A DNA stretch of 10,541 nucleotides, taken from assembly GCA_964449215.1 (NCBI GenBank), contig CAYVAH010000005.1, positions 1 to 10,541 of the forward strand, in the 5' to 3' direction. Of the stretch, positions 1 to 8,027 are shown piece by piece. How positions within the stretch are numbered: the stretch's first letter is position 1; every line of letters begins with the position of its first letter. Source of the DNA: Candidatus Undinarchaeota archaeon. Its GTDB lineage: Archaea; SpSt-1190. Below the pieces are notes generated by a model that saw only the letters and a program-made list of their open reading frames with translations, did no database searches and was not told the origin of the DNA. The translations under genes were made by a program, and so were the position numbers.

Positions 1-17
1 TGCGACGGCGAGCACAG

Positions 18-671
18 TCAGGAGAACAGCAGCTTTAGTCTCAACCAAATCATATTCACCCCTATTTTTATTCCGTCCCACACCCCTGTTCCTTTTTTCG
101 GGTCATGGTATATCACAGGTATTGTGACCTGGGCAATTTTCAGCCGGTTGTAGGAAGCCCTCGCTGCAATCTCAGTGTCCACAAAATAGCCGTTGCTGTT
201 CCACATAATTTTCTCTATTACCCCGGGCTTCACAGCTTTGAAGCCGCACTGGGTGTCCTTTATAGCTCCCCCAAAAAGCAGGTTGAACAATCTCTGCAGG
301 GACCAGTTTCCGAAGCGCTTTATCAGGGGCATCTTCCCCCCAATCCTCTGGCCAAAAACGATATCGGCGGATTCCAACCTTTTTAGGAGCTTGGGTATGT
401 CCTTCGGCCGGTGCTGTCCATCCGCATCCAGCATCACTATTTCGCCCCCGAGCTTCTTGGCACGCATGACACCCTCTCTCAGTGCATGACCCTTACCGAG
501 GTTCTTCACCAATCTTATGACCCTGGCTCCTGCTTTCTTTGCCTCCCGGGCGGTTCCATCGGTTGATCCATCATCAACCACAATTACAGCATTAACGAAT
601 TTTTTCGTGCTACTGACGACTTTGCCAACCCTCCCCTCTTCATTGTATGCGGGAATTACAGCCACGGTCAT
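18..671 (-). CDS. Glycosyltransferase family 2 (DPM1/polyprenol-phosphate glycosyltransferase-like)
   Basis: 217 aa with GT-A motifs VIPAYNEE, VVDDGSTD, NLGKG, DADGQH (DxD) and DTQCGFK. The start ATG overlaps the upstream gene's TGA (ATGA at 668-671), suggesting translational coupling. Confidence 0.93.
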   Translation of the reverse strand: MTVAVIPAYNEEGRVGKVVSSTKKFVNAVIVVDDGSTDGTAREAKKAGARVIRLVKNLGKGHALREGVMRAKKLGGEIVMLDADGQHRPKDIPKLLKRLESADIVFGQRIGGKMPLIKRFGNWSLQRLFNLLFGGAIKDTQCGFKAVKPGVIEKIMWNSNGYFVDTEIAARASYNRLKIAQVTIPVIYHDPKKGTGVWDGIKIGVNMIWLRLKLLFS

Positions 672-2332
672 TTCTTGCTCACCATATACTCCCCGAGGAA
701 GAGATAGTCAAGGTCAGAGTTCAGGAAGGTGTATATCGCGTCCTCCGGGCTGTTCACTATGGGGTCTCCGTGAAGGTTGAAACTCGTGTTGAGGAAGCCG
801 CCCATCCCCGTGAGTCTCTCGTACCAGGAGAGCAGCTTGTGGTACTCAGGGTTCCAGTCCCTGCGGACCACCTGCGGCCTACCTGTCATGTCCCCCTGGT
901 GCAGTGCGGCAATCAAGTGCTCTCTGGCGGGTGCCTTGGTTTCGAAGGCGAGTATCATATAGGGGGCGAATCTGGCGTTTTCAAAATACCTGTTATTCCA
1001 CCTGTCGAGAATCGAAGGGGCAAAGGGCATCCAGAAATCTCTTTTCTTTATGGCCTTGTTTATCTTCCACACCACTCGAGGGTCCGAGGCATTTGCCATT
1101 ATGCTTCTGTTTCCGAGTGCCCTCGCACCCCATTCCATCCTGCCGCTGCACCTTGCAACTATTTTTCCTCTCGCCACAAGCTCAGCCATCTTCTTTTCAG
1201 GGTTCCTGACTTTTTCCGATACTACCCTGCTGTCATTTGGTTCGTAACTGTATTCTGGACCGAAATAGATTGGCCCAAGCTTCTCGGGGATCTTTCCTGT
1301 GGTTTCAGTGTATGCCGCTCCAGCTCCCGTGAGAGCAAGGCTCTCGTCCCCACAGCTGGGGAAGACAAAGAGCTTGTCCGCCATGCCTGACAGTTTGCCG
1401 TTCAGTTTCACGTTCATGAACACCCCACCACTGAGGACAATATTCCTTATCCCTGTTTTCTTCATCCAATTGTCAATCCATTTCACCACGACATCTTCGA
1501 GCCTCTTCTGGAGTCCCCAGGCTATGGCGTCAAATCTTATGCCGGGAAGGCGTTTCGTGAGGAGCTTGTAAAATTCAATCCCCCACCTTCCCGAGTTGTT
1601 TCTGATTTTTAGCCCGTCAACGGTGAACATTCTCGCAAACTCTTCATACGCCACTCTGCCCAGTTTCTCTGGAGCATATGGGGCGAGACCCATAACTTTG
1701 TATTCATGTTCCAGGGGTTTCATCCCGAGATATTGTGTGACTCTGGTGTAAATTTCCCCGATAGAATGGTATGCACTTATTCTTGTCCGTTCCTCGAGTT
1801 GTCCATCCTCATAGAGCCATACAGACCCAGAGTAGCCGTCCCCGGATCCGTCCAGTGTGAAGACCAGTGCTCTTTCCATCCCGGAGAACAGGGCTGCCGC
1901 TGCATGAGTATAATGATGGTCATAAGACCTCACGGGTGCTTTTATTCCTAGGGACCTGAGTTCGGATACCTGCTTGTGGAGGGACCTCCTCCGGATGGCC
2001 TGATAAATGGGGACAATGCCTTCCGATCCTATCACAGCTCCGGGCAGGAATCTCGTGGACGCGGCTACAGACCTCCTGAAGAATGTTCTCGATTCCTTGA
2101 GGTCCAGCTCCTCCTGCTTGAGTGGTTTTGTGATGGTAGGAAACACAACAAGGTCAATATCCTCCCCATTGATTCCCGTGTATTCCAGGAGCCACTCAAT
2201 ACTTTTCCTTGGAAATCCGGCGAAACATTTCTTGCGATTAAATCTTTCCTCGCTTGCAGCCGCTACTATGCGCCCGTTTTCCATCAGGGCAGCGGTTGAA
2301 GTATGTCCATCGTGAATGCCAAGAATCCTCAT
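668..2332 (-). CDS. Carbamoyltransferase, NodU/CmcH/TobZ family (Kae1-like N-domain plus YrdC-like C-domain)
   Basis: 554 aa with family motifs ILGIHDGH, EERFNRKK, HHYTHA, DGSGD, EYKVMGLAPY, SGGVFMNVKLN, GRMEWGARALGNRSI, KKRDFWMPFAPS and NTSFNLHGDPIV. Confidence 0.95.
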   Translation of the reverse strand: MRILGIHDGHTSTAALMENGRIVAAASEERFNRKKCFAGFPRKSIEWLLEYTGINGEDIDLVVFPTITKPLKQEELDLKESRTFFRRSVAASTRFLPGAVIGSEGIVPIYQAIRRRSLHKQVSELRSLGIKAPVRSYDHHYTHAAAALFSGMERALVFTLDGSGDGYSGSVWLYEDGQLEERTRISAYHSIGEIYTRVTQYLGMKPLEHEYKVMGLAPYAPEKLGRVAYEEFARMFTVDGLKIRNNSGRWGIEFYKLLTKRLPGIRFDAIAWGLQKRLEDVVVKWIDNWMKKTGIRNIVLSGGVFMNVKLNGKLSGMADKLFVFPSCGDESLALTGAGAAYTETTGKIPEKLGPIYFGPEYSYEPNDSRVVSEKVRNPEKKMAELVARGKIVARCSGRMEWGARALGNRSIMANASDPRVVWKINKAIKKRDFWMPFAPSILDRWNNRYFENARFAPYMILAFETKAPAREHLIAALHQGDMTGRPQVVRRDWNPEYHKLLSWYERLTGMGGFLNTSFNLHGDPIVNSPEDAIYTFLNSDLDYLFLGEYMVSKK

Positions 2333-2352
2333 AACCTTGTGAATTTATAGGG

Positions 2353-2359
2353 TTTAAAT
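2353..2359 (-). promoter_or_regulatory. Putative TATA box of the carbamoyltransferase gene, overlapping the argF stop codon
   Basis: The minus strand reads ATTTAAA about 21 nt upstream of ATG 2332. The argF TAA (2354-2356) lies inside it. No Shine-Dalgarno is visible. Confidence 0.5.
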
Positions 2360-3232
2360 CTGTTTTCTCATGAGATACCTTATCAATCCCTTCTGTGCGT
2401 GCAGTCTGTTCTCTGCCTGGTCAAAGACCACTGAGTTCTTGCTATAGATGACGTCCTCGGTAACCTCCTGGCCTATGTGTGCGGGGAGGCAGTGCATGAA
2501 TATGTAGTTTTTCTTGGCGTGGGACACCAGCCGGGAATTCACCTGGTATTCCTTGAACGCTTCCAGCCTTTCTTCCCTGTCTTCTCTTCCCATACTGACC
2601 CACACGTCCGTGTAGACGACGTCCGCATCATCCACTGCTTCCACAGGGTCTTCTGTTACCACGACGTTTCCGGCGGCTTTAACGACATCTTTTTCGGGTG
2701 CATATTTCTTCGGGCAGCCTACCCACACTTCATGCCCGAGCATGCAGGCGGCGAGCATCAATGAGTGCGTGACGTTGTTGTTTCCATCCCCAACGAAGGC
2801 GACCTTCAGCTTTCCGGTCTTCTTTTCTTCCATTGTGAGAACATCCGCCAGTGCCTGGCAGGGGTGGAAGCGGTCCGAGAGTGCATTTATTACCGGTATT
2901 GAGGACCATCTGGCAAATTCTTCGAGGAAGCTGTGGGAATAAACGCGTGCGATGAACAGGTCAACATAGCGGCTCATGACAAGAGCCATGTCCCTCACGG
3001 TTTCTCCCCTTGAAAGCTGGGTGGTGCTGGCATCCATATAGAGCGGGTAGCCCCCCATCTGGAAGATTCCCACCTCAAAGCTCACTCTCGTTCTTGTTGA
3101 CGGTTTTTCAAACAGCAGGGCGGCAGTCTTTCCCCTGAGGTCCTCCGTGAGCTTTCCCCGCATTCCACTTGAGAGCCGAAGGACCTCCTTCAGCTCTTCA
3201 GGTTTCCAGTTCATAAGGCTTAACAGGTGCAT
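2354..3232 (-). CDS. argF: Ornithine carbamoyltransferase
   Basis: 292 aa with the carbamoyl-phosphate motif FEKPSTRTR, HPCQ, the ornithine-specific DVWVSMG loop, HCLP and DQAENRLH. Confidence 0.96.
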   Translation of the reverse strand: MHLLSLMNWKPEELKEVLRLSSGMRGKLTEDLRGKTAALLFEKPSTRTRVSFEVGIFQMGGYPLYMDASTTQLSRGETVRDMALVMSRYVDLFIARVYSHSFLEEFARWSSIPVINALSDRFHPCQALADVLTMEEKKTGKLKVAFVGDGNNNVTHSLMLAACMLGHEVWVGCPKKYAPEKDVVKAAGNVVVTEDPVEAVDDADVVYTDVWVSMGREDREERLEAFKEYQVNSRLVSHAKKNYIFMHCLPAHIGQEVTEDVIYSKNSVVFDQAENRLHAQKGLIRYLMRKQI

Positions 3233-3242
3233 TTCTCAATTA

Positions 3243-3260
3243 GAAAAGGGTTATTAAATT
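3243..3260. promoter_or_regulatory. Putative bidirectional BRE/TATA promoter between argF and the deacetylase
   Basis: Purine-rich GAAAAGGG followed by TTATTAAA (3251-3258) on +, reading TTTAATAA on -. It lies about 19-20 nt from both ATG 3232 and GTG 3278. Confidence 0.6.
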
Positions 3261-3277
3261 GCTTGCGAAATCTTTAG

Positions 3278-4006
3278 GTGATACTTACAGTTGATGTTGA
3301 ACACGACTGGGGTGGCTCCACCACGGAGAACTTTCAGTTCCTCACGGGACTTTTCAATTTTCTCGACGACACGGACTCCCGGGCGACGCTGTTCGTGCTG
3401 GGGGAGGTGGCAGAGAAGCTGGCGGAGTTTGGTGTTTCAAAGCGTGTTGAGATTGCCTCGCACTCAATGTCCCACACAAACCTGCGGGAGGCTTCGGAAG
3501 ATGAGCTGGTTGATGAGCTTCAGGGAAGCAAGAACCTGCTGGAGAGAACCTTCGGCATCAAGGTCTATGGGTTTCGGGTACCTTACTTCATGCCACCTGA
3601 AAATCTCTGGGAGGTGCTGAAAAAGCTCGATTACCTTTATTCTTCATCCCTGGTCGCGGGCTGGTTTCCAGGGAGGTATCACAACAGGATCAAGGCGAAG
3701 CCTTTCAGCAAGGGAGGAATCAAGGAGTATCCTGTCCAGAGCTTCCGTCTTATTCCTCTGCCGTTCGGACTCTCCTTCATGCGGTTGCTCTACCCGCTGT
3801 CAAAGTTATTGGTTCCGAAAAAGCCATACATGTTTTACTACCACACCACAGAGCTGTTGAAGGGCTGGCCGGGTCCCGGGGAGCCCCTTCCAGTGCGTGT
3901 TCTGTATGGAATCAACAGGGGAATGAGAGCCCGCAGGATTCTCTATGAGTTTCTTGAGAGGCATGCTCCCACGCAATCCATACGTGACCACATTTTATCT
4001 TACTAA
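3278..4006 (+). CDS. Polysaccharide deacetylase (CE4/NodB-like; DUF3473/exopolysaccharide-locus type)
   Basis: 242 aa, GTG start, with motifs TVDVEHDW, ATLFVLG, EIASHSMSH (metal His pair), GFRVP and FYYH. Confidence 0.88.
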   Translation: MILTVDVEHDWGGSTTENFQFLTGLFNFLDDTDSRATLFVLGEVAEKLAEFGVSKRVEIASHSMSHTNLREASEDELVDELQGSKNLLERTFGIKVYGFRVPYFMPPENLWEVLKKLDYLYSSSLVAGWFPGRYHNRIKAKPFSKGGIKEYPVQSFRLIPLPFGLSFMRLLYPLSKLLVPKKPYMFYYHTTELLKGWPGPGEPLPVRVLYGINRGMRARRILYEFLERHAPTQSIRDHILSY

Positions 4007-5062
4007 ATATCGCTCTTTCAGTTTTCTGTTCAGGGATATCTCCATGGCCAGGAGAGGCCTTGTCAGGCCCGGCAGGGGGTCTCTCAATGAAACTATGTCA
4101 AAGTTGGTGGTTTCCGGCAGCGACTTCAACAGTCCTGCAATGTCCCAGCGAAAGTGGAGGATGTCCCCAAAAAGCAGGTATTTGCACACCACCCCCGTTT
4201 CATATTCCGTCACAGGTTCGACGTCTCCTTCCACGACTATGTCCCTGTAGAGTTTCGGGAAGTTCACGCCAGCCTTCACGGCAAGTGCAAGGGACCCCCA
4301 CCACCTTGGGTTGGCTTCAAAGAGCACGGGTCCTTCGGGAGTCAGTCCAAACTCGACCATCACAACCCCATTCCACTTCAACCCCTTCATGAGTTGTTCG
4401 GCGAGTTCCCTTGTTTTTCGGTATTTCACGGAGACCCTCATGGTGCTCGGGCCGCCTTCCGCTGGGTGTTCCCTTATTCTCCTGTGCTGGAAGACCGCTC
4501 TCAGTTTTCCCTTGTTATACAGGAGTTCCACCCCGACAGTTCCTCTTTTACGCACCTCTTCCTGCACCACAAGCTTTCCATATTTTTCCAGTAGTCCCGG
4601 AACAACTTTCCTGAATTCCCACCTGCTCCCAATCCTTCTGCTGCCCCTGCTACCAGAGCCAAGAACCGGCTTTACCCTAACCGGGTATTCCCAGTCATCT
4701 TCGCAGCTGTCAATCAGCCTTGTCTCCGGGGTTGGGACTCCGCGCTTCTTTGCGAGCCTGTGGGTTTCCCACTTGTTCCTGAGTTTTTCCCAGCCTTTCT
4801 TCCCCGGGACAAGTGCATTCTTCAGTCTTTTCTTCACCCCAAAAAATGTGGCCTCGTCGGTCACCAGAAAGGCAACATCGAATCTTTCGAGTTCAAGTCC
4901 CACATAGTCCTGGAAAACCTCCCTGTGCTTTGTGAACCTTGAAAAGAAGCCTGTTGAGAACCTTGCCCTCCCAAAAGCGGTGACCTCATCCTCTTTTCCG
5001 ACGGAGCGGATTATGGTAAGTGCATGCCTTAACTCGGCATCCGTGACTGCCACCGCCACCAT
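3995..5062 (-). CDS. ATP-grasp domain protein (putative carboxylate-amine ligase)
   Basis: ATP-grasp motifs NKWET, GVPTPET, YPVRVKP..GSGSRG, VVQEEV, GGPST, GVVMVEF and FEANPRWWGS. Start moved from the track's 5095 to ATG 5062 (MVAVAVTD), which lies 20 nt from a TATA-like box. The 3' end overlaps the deacetylase by 12 nt. Confidence 0.85.
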   Translation of the reverse strand: MVAVAVTDAELRHALTIIRSVGKEDEVTAFGRARFSTGFFSRFTKHREVFQDYVGLELERFDVAFLVTDEATFFGVKKRLKNALVPGKKGWEKLRNKWETHRLAKKRGVPTPETRLIDSCEDDWEYPVRVKPVLGSGSRGSRRIGSRWEFRKVVPGLLEKYGKLVVQEEVRKRGTVGVELLYNKGKLRAVFQHRRIREHPAEGGPSTMRVSVKYRKTRELAEQLMKGLKWNGVVMVEFGLTPEGPVLFEANPRWWGSLALAVKAGVNFPKLYRDIVVEGDVEPVTEYETGVVCKYLLFGDILHFRWDIAGLLKSLPETTNFDIVSLRDPLPGLTRPLLAMEISLNRKLKERYLVR

Positions 5063-5081
5063 AGAAGGGAAGGCAGGAATG

Positions 5082-5090
5082 CTTTTTAAC
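5082..5090. promoter_or_regulatory. Putative bidirectional TATA core between the ATP-grasp gene and lysS
   Basis: CTTTTTAAC reads TTTTTAAC on + and TTAAAAAG on -. It lies 20 nt from both GTG 5110 and ATG 5062. Confidence 0.55.
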
Positions 5091-5109
5091 GACAACCTTT
5101 TAGCAGCTT

Positions 5110-6597
5110 GTGGAGAAACTGGTTCAGAGGCGGGTTCGCAGGTTCAAGAAGCTTGTGGAGTCCGGGGTGAACCCTTTCGAGGAGGTTAAGTATGAGCGTG
5201 ATTCCACAGCGGTTCAAATAAACAGGGAGTTTTCCATGCTGAAGCCCGGTGACGAGAACGGGCCGGTAAGAAAGGTTGCCGGGCGGATAATGGCCATTCG
5301 GGTGCATGGTGGTGTGGCTTTTGCCCCGATGATGGACTTCAGCGGGGAACTGCAGCTCGTATTCCGCAAGGACTTCTCCCCCAAGGCGTTTGGGTTTCTC
5401 CAGGAATTTCTTGATGAGGGAGATATCGTCGGTGCTTCCGGGAAGGTTATTAGGACAAAGCGCGGGACGGTCAGCCTGCTGGTTTCCGAAATAAAGCTGC
5501 TTTCCAAGGCTCTCCGTCCTCTCCCGAGCAAGTGGTATGGCTTGAAAAATGTGGAGACCAGATATCGCCAGAGGTATCTTGATCTGATAATGAATCCCCA
5601 GGTCAGGGAAAATTTTGTCAAAATTTCCAAGCTGGTCAATGGTATGAGGAACTGCCTGCTTTCCCGGGAATTCATCGAGGTCAGTACCCCTGTGCTGCAG
5701 CCCATCTATGGTGGGGCATTTGCAAGACCATTCAAGACCCACCACAACTACCTTAAGCAGGATATGTATCTCCGGATAGCTCCGGAACTCTACCTGAAGA
5801 GGCTGATAGTCGGTGGTTTTGAAAAGGTTTTTGAAATCGGGCCGTGCTTCAGAAACGAGTCCGTTGACAGCCGGCACAACCCTGAGTTTATACAGCTCGA
5901 GGCATATCAGGCATATTCCAACTACGAGGATATGATGGCTCTTGTGGAAAGCATAGTGTCGGCCGGGGTGAAGGCCGCCACGGGTGGCACAAAGGTGGAG
6001 TATGAGGGAAGGAAAATAGATTTCAAGGTGCCTTGGAAGAGGGTAACACTCGAGGCCTGCCTGGGAAAGATTGGTGTGGATATCACTGATGATAAGGCGT
6101 TGCTCCGGCGGGCAAAGGAGCTTGGGGTGGAAGCCGTGAGGGTTGGGGATGCCATTGAGGGGATATTTTCCGGGGAGGTGGAGCCCAAACTGGTCCAGCC
6201 CACCTTTGTCACCCATTTTCCCGCGGATATAAGTCCACTTGCCAAGAGATTCCCCGGAAACCCCAGGATTGCCCAGCGGTTCGAGGCTTATGTGGTCGGG
6301 ATGGAAATTGCAAATGCATACAGCGAGCTTAATGACCCAGTGGAGCAGTATGAGAGGTTTCGTGAGGAGGTTGAACTGAGGAAGAAACGTGTGGAGGAGT
6401 TCATGCCGATGGACAAGGACTATGTCCGTGCCCTCGAATATGGAATGCCTCCCACTGGTGGTCTTGGCATAGGTATTGCGAGGGTTGCCAGTGTTGTTGT
6501 GGGTAAGCCAAGCATAAAGGAGGTTATACTCTTCCCGGCTGTGGCCGCCGTGCCGGACCCAAAGGTTGTTGCGGAGATGTTCAAAATAGAAGTGTGA
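5110..6597 (+). CDS. lysS: Lysine--tRNA ligase, class II
   Basis: 495 aa with an N-terminal OB anticodon-binding domain (VAGRIMAIR, GDIVG), RYRQRYLDL, GGAFARPFKTHHN, YLRIAPELYLKRLIVGG, motif 2 FRNE, HNPEF, EIANAYSELNDP and motif 3 YGMPPTGGLGIG. Confidence 0.97.
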   Translation: MEKLVQRRVRRFKKLVESGVNPFEEVKYERDSTAVQINREFSMLKPGDENGPVRKVAGRIMAIRVHGGVAFAPMMDFSGELQLVFRKDFSPKAFGFLQEFLDEGDIVGASGKVIRTKRGTVSLLVSEIKLLSKALRPLPSKWYGLKNVETRYRQRYLDLIMNPQVRENFVKISKLVNGMRNCLLSREFIEVSTPVLQPIYGGAFARPFKTHHNYLKQDMYLRIAPELYLKRLIVGGFEKVFEIGPCFRNESVDSRHNPEFIQLEAYQAYSNYEDMMALVESIVSAGVKAATGGTKVEYEGRKIDFKVPWKRVTLEACLGKIGVDITDDKALLRRAKELGVEAVRVGDAIEGIFSGEVEPKLVQPTFVTHFPADISPLAKRFPGNPRIAQRFEAYVVGMEIANAYSELNDPVEQYERFREEVELRKKRVEEFMPMDKDYVRALEYGMPPTGGLGIGIARVASVVVGKPSIKEVILFPAVAAVPDPKVVAEMFKIEV

Positions 6598-7933
6598 ACA
6601 AAGACGCAGGCAACTTTACAATATTTTCATTCACTAATTCTCTTTCATCTCTAGTTAATATTATGGTATCTTTCGACTTTGATTTTTTCATTTTTTCATT
6701 TATATTTTTCAACGAGTAATTTCCACCCCACTCAATCTCCACCATAATGTTTCTTTCCCCAACTCTAATCACAGCATCTATTTCTTTCGATGTTGGTGAT
6801 TCTTGAAAGTAACAAATATTGAGCTCGGGGGTTCTGAGCATATTTTCGACTATTATCGCTTCTGCATCTCGGGATAGATCTTCTCCCTTCCTCTGTTGAG
6901 AAGCTCTCGTGGAAAACTTTTTTATCAATGCGGTTTTCAACCCCCTGTCTTGAAAATATATTTTTTGTCTTTTGATGGATCTTTCTTTGTGCATACTTCG
7001 AGAACAGTTTGGGACTGTGACCAATATAAATAATCTTTCTAACCAATGAATGAAAGACTTGACCGTTTTGTAGTCCATTTCAGTTCTGCGGGATATTGCG
7101 TTTATGTTCGTGCCGACACCTTCACTCTGTGCGAGGTATTCTAAAAATAACAAGAAGTCTTGCCATGTTTTGTTGGTTCTTTCCCCGGCCAAATCTTTGG
7201 AGAATACTTCACCGAGAATCTGCTGATAAAATTCTGCTCGATAGTGCTTAAATATTGTTTTTGGAAAACCTCCCTCGATCAAATATTTTTCAAAGTGGAA
7301 GTTTATTGCCTTTATTTCCCTTGAGGAAAACCGTTCGAATGTCCTGAACAAATTTTTTGGTGAGAGAAATGAAGATGGGAATTTTCTGAATGATGTTCTG
7401 AGGTCAACTGTGGACAATCCTTCTTTTGTTTCCATAATTTCAGAAAACTTCATGGGTAACAATGTTTTTTTTGTGTGTCTATCTACTAAATAAGAAACTG
7501 CAGCCTTATCAACGATTAAAGAACTTGATCCAGTTATGAAGAACGTTTTGCTTTGGTCCATATACATCTTTACTGTTCGGTACCACTCATCCACGAACTG
7601 AATTTCATCAAGAAAAACATATTTCCCTTTATTTATCCTAAAGAAGAGCTCCAAGTACTCTTTTAATTCTTTGTAGTTTTTTATGGTGTCGCACGGCAAA
7701 TATAATATTTTCTTCATGTCCTTTCCTTCCCGTTCGAGTTCAGCCATTACCATTTTCATAAGGCTGGTTTTTCCCGCTCTACGTGGTCCAACAAGGACAA
7801 CATTTTGCGACAAATCTTTCTTTAAAACACCCAACCACCTTTCCCTCTTCTTGAGATGTTTGACTTCTTCTAATATTTCGGATTCTCTCTCCCACCAAGG
7901 GTTCCAACCTTCAAGGTCATAATATTCTACCAC
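6581..7933 (-). CDS. Archaeal ATP-binding protein (AAA_14 ATPase plus DUF4143-like C-terminal nuclease-fold domain)
   Basis: N-terminal NPWW, Walker A GPRRAGKT, Walker B VFLDEIQ, ITGSSS, YLIEGGFP, KIYFQDRGL and C-terminal EIDAV...VEIE. The probable start is in-frame GTG 7933 (MVEYYDLEGWNPWW), 23 nt below a TTTATAAG box, rather than the track's TTG 7978. Confidence 0.88.
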   Translation of the reverse strand: MVEYYDLEGWNPWWERESEILEEVKHLKKRERWLGVLKKDLSQNVVLVGPRRAGKTSLMKMVMAELEREGKDMKKILYLPCDTIKNYKELKEYLELFFRINKGKYVFLDEIQFVDEWYRTVKMYMDQSKTFFITGSSSLIVDKAAVSYLVDRHTKKTLLPMKFSEIMETKEGLSTVDLRTSFRKFPSSFLSPKNLFRTFERFSSREIKAINFHFEKYLIEGGFPKTIFKHYRAEFYQQILGEVFSKDLAGERTNKTWQDFLLFLEYLAQSEGVGTNINAISRRTEMDYKTVKSFIHWLERLFILVTVPNCSRSMHKERSIKRQKIYFQDRGLKTALIKKFSTRASQQRKGEDLSRDAEAIIVENMLRTPELNICYFQESPTSKEIDAVIRVGERNIMVEIEWGGNYSLKNINEKMKKSKSKDTIILTRDERELVNENIVKLPASLFTLLF

Positions 7934-7955
7934 AGTCCAAGTTTGTTTGTCATTA

Positions 7956-7963
7956 CTTATAAA
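7956..7963 (-). promoter_or_regulatory. Putative TATA box of the ATPase gene
   Basis: The minus strand reads TTTATAAG, 23-30 nt upstream of in-frame GTG 7933, which is canonical archaeal spacing. Confidence 0.55.
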
Positions 7964-8027
7964 TGTTTTGGAATACAATCCAATTCATTTTTAAACGTTT
8001 TAACCTCATAAGTGGATGGTATTCCAA

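Noticed and set aside
1..17. Possible GTG start (15..13, MLAVA) of a next minus-strand gene
   Set aside because: Only five codons are visible at the window edge, so it cannot be supported.
647..1390. 247-aa plus-strand ORF and other short ORFs opposite the GT2, carbamoyltransferase and argF genes
   Set aside because: Antisense shadows of well-supported genes, with no recognisable motifs.
3995..5095. ATP-grasp protein as a carbamoyl-phosphate synthetase (CarB), given the carbamoyl genes nearby
   Set aside because: It is a single ATP-grasp domain of about 355 aa without CarB signature motifs, and it better fits stand-alone polysaccharide-locus ligases. The 5095 start was also rejected because it runs through the shared promoter.
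5086..6216. 376-aa minus-strand ORF
   Set aside because: Antisense to lysS, with a low-information His/Leu/Pro-rich translation typical of shadow ORFs.
6581..8020. Low-GC segment as an insertion sequence
   Set aside because: No transposase, terminal inverted repeat or target-site duplication was seen.
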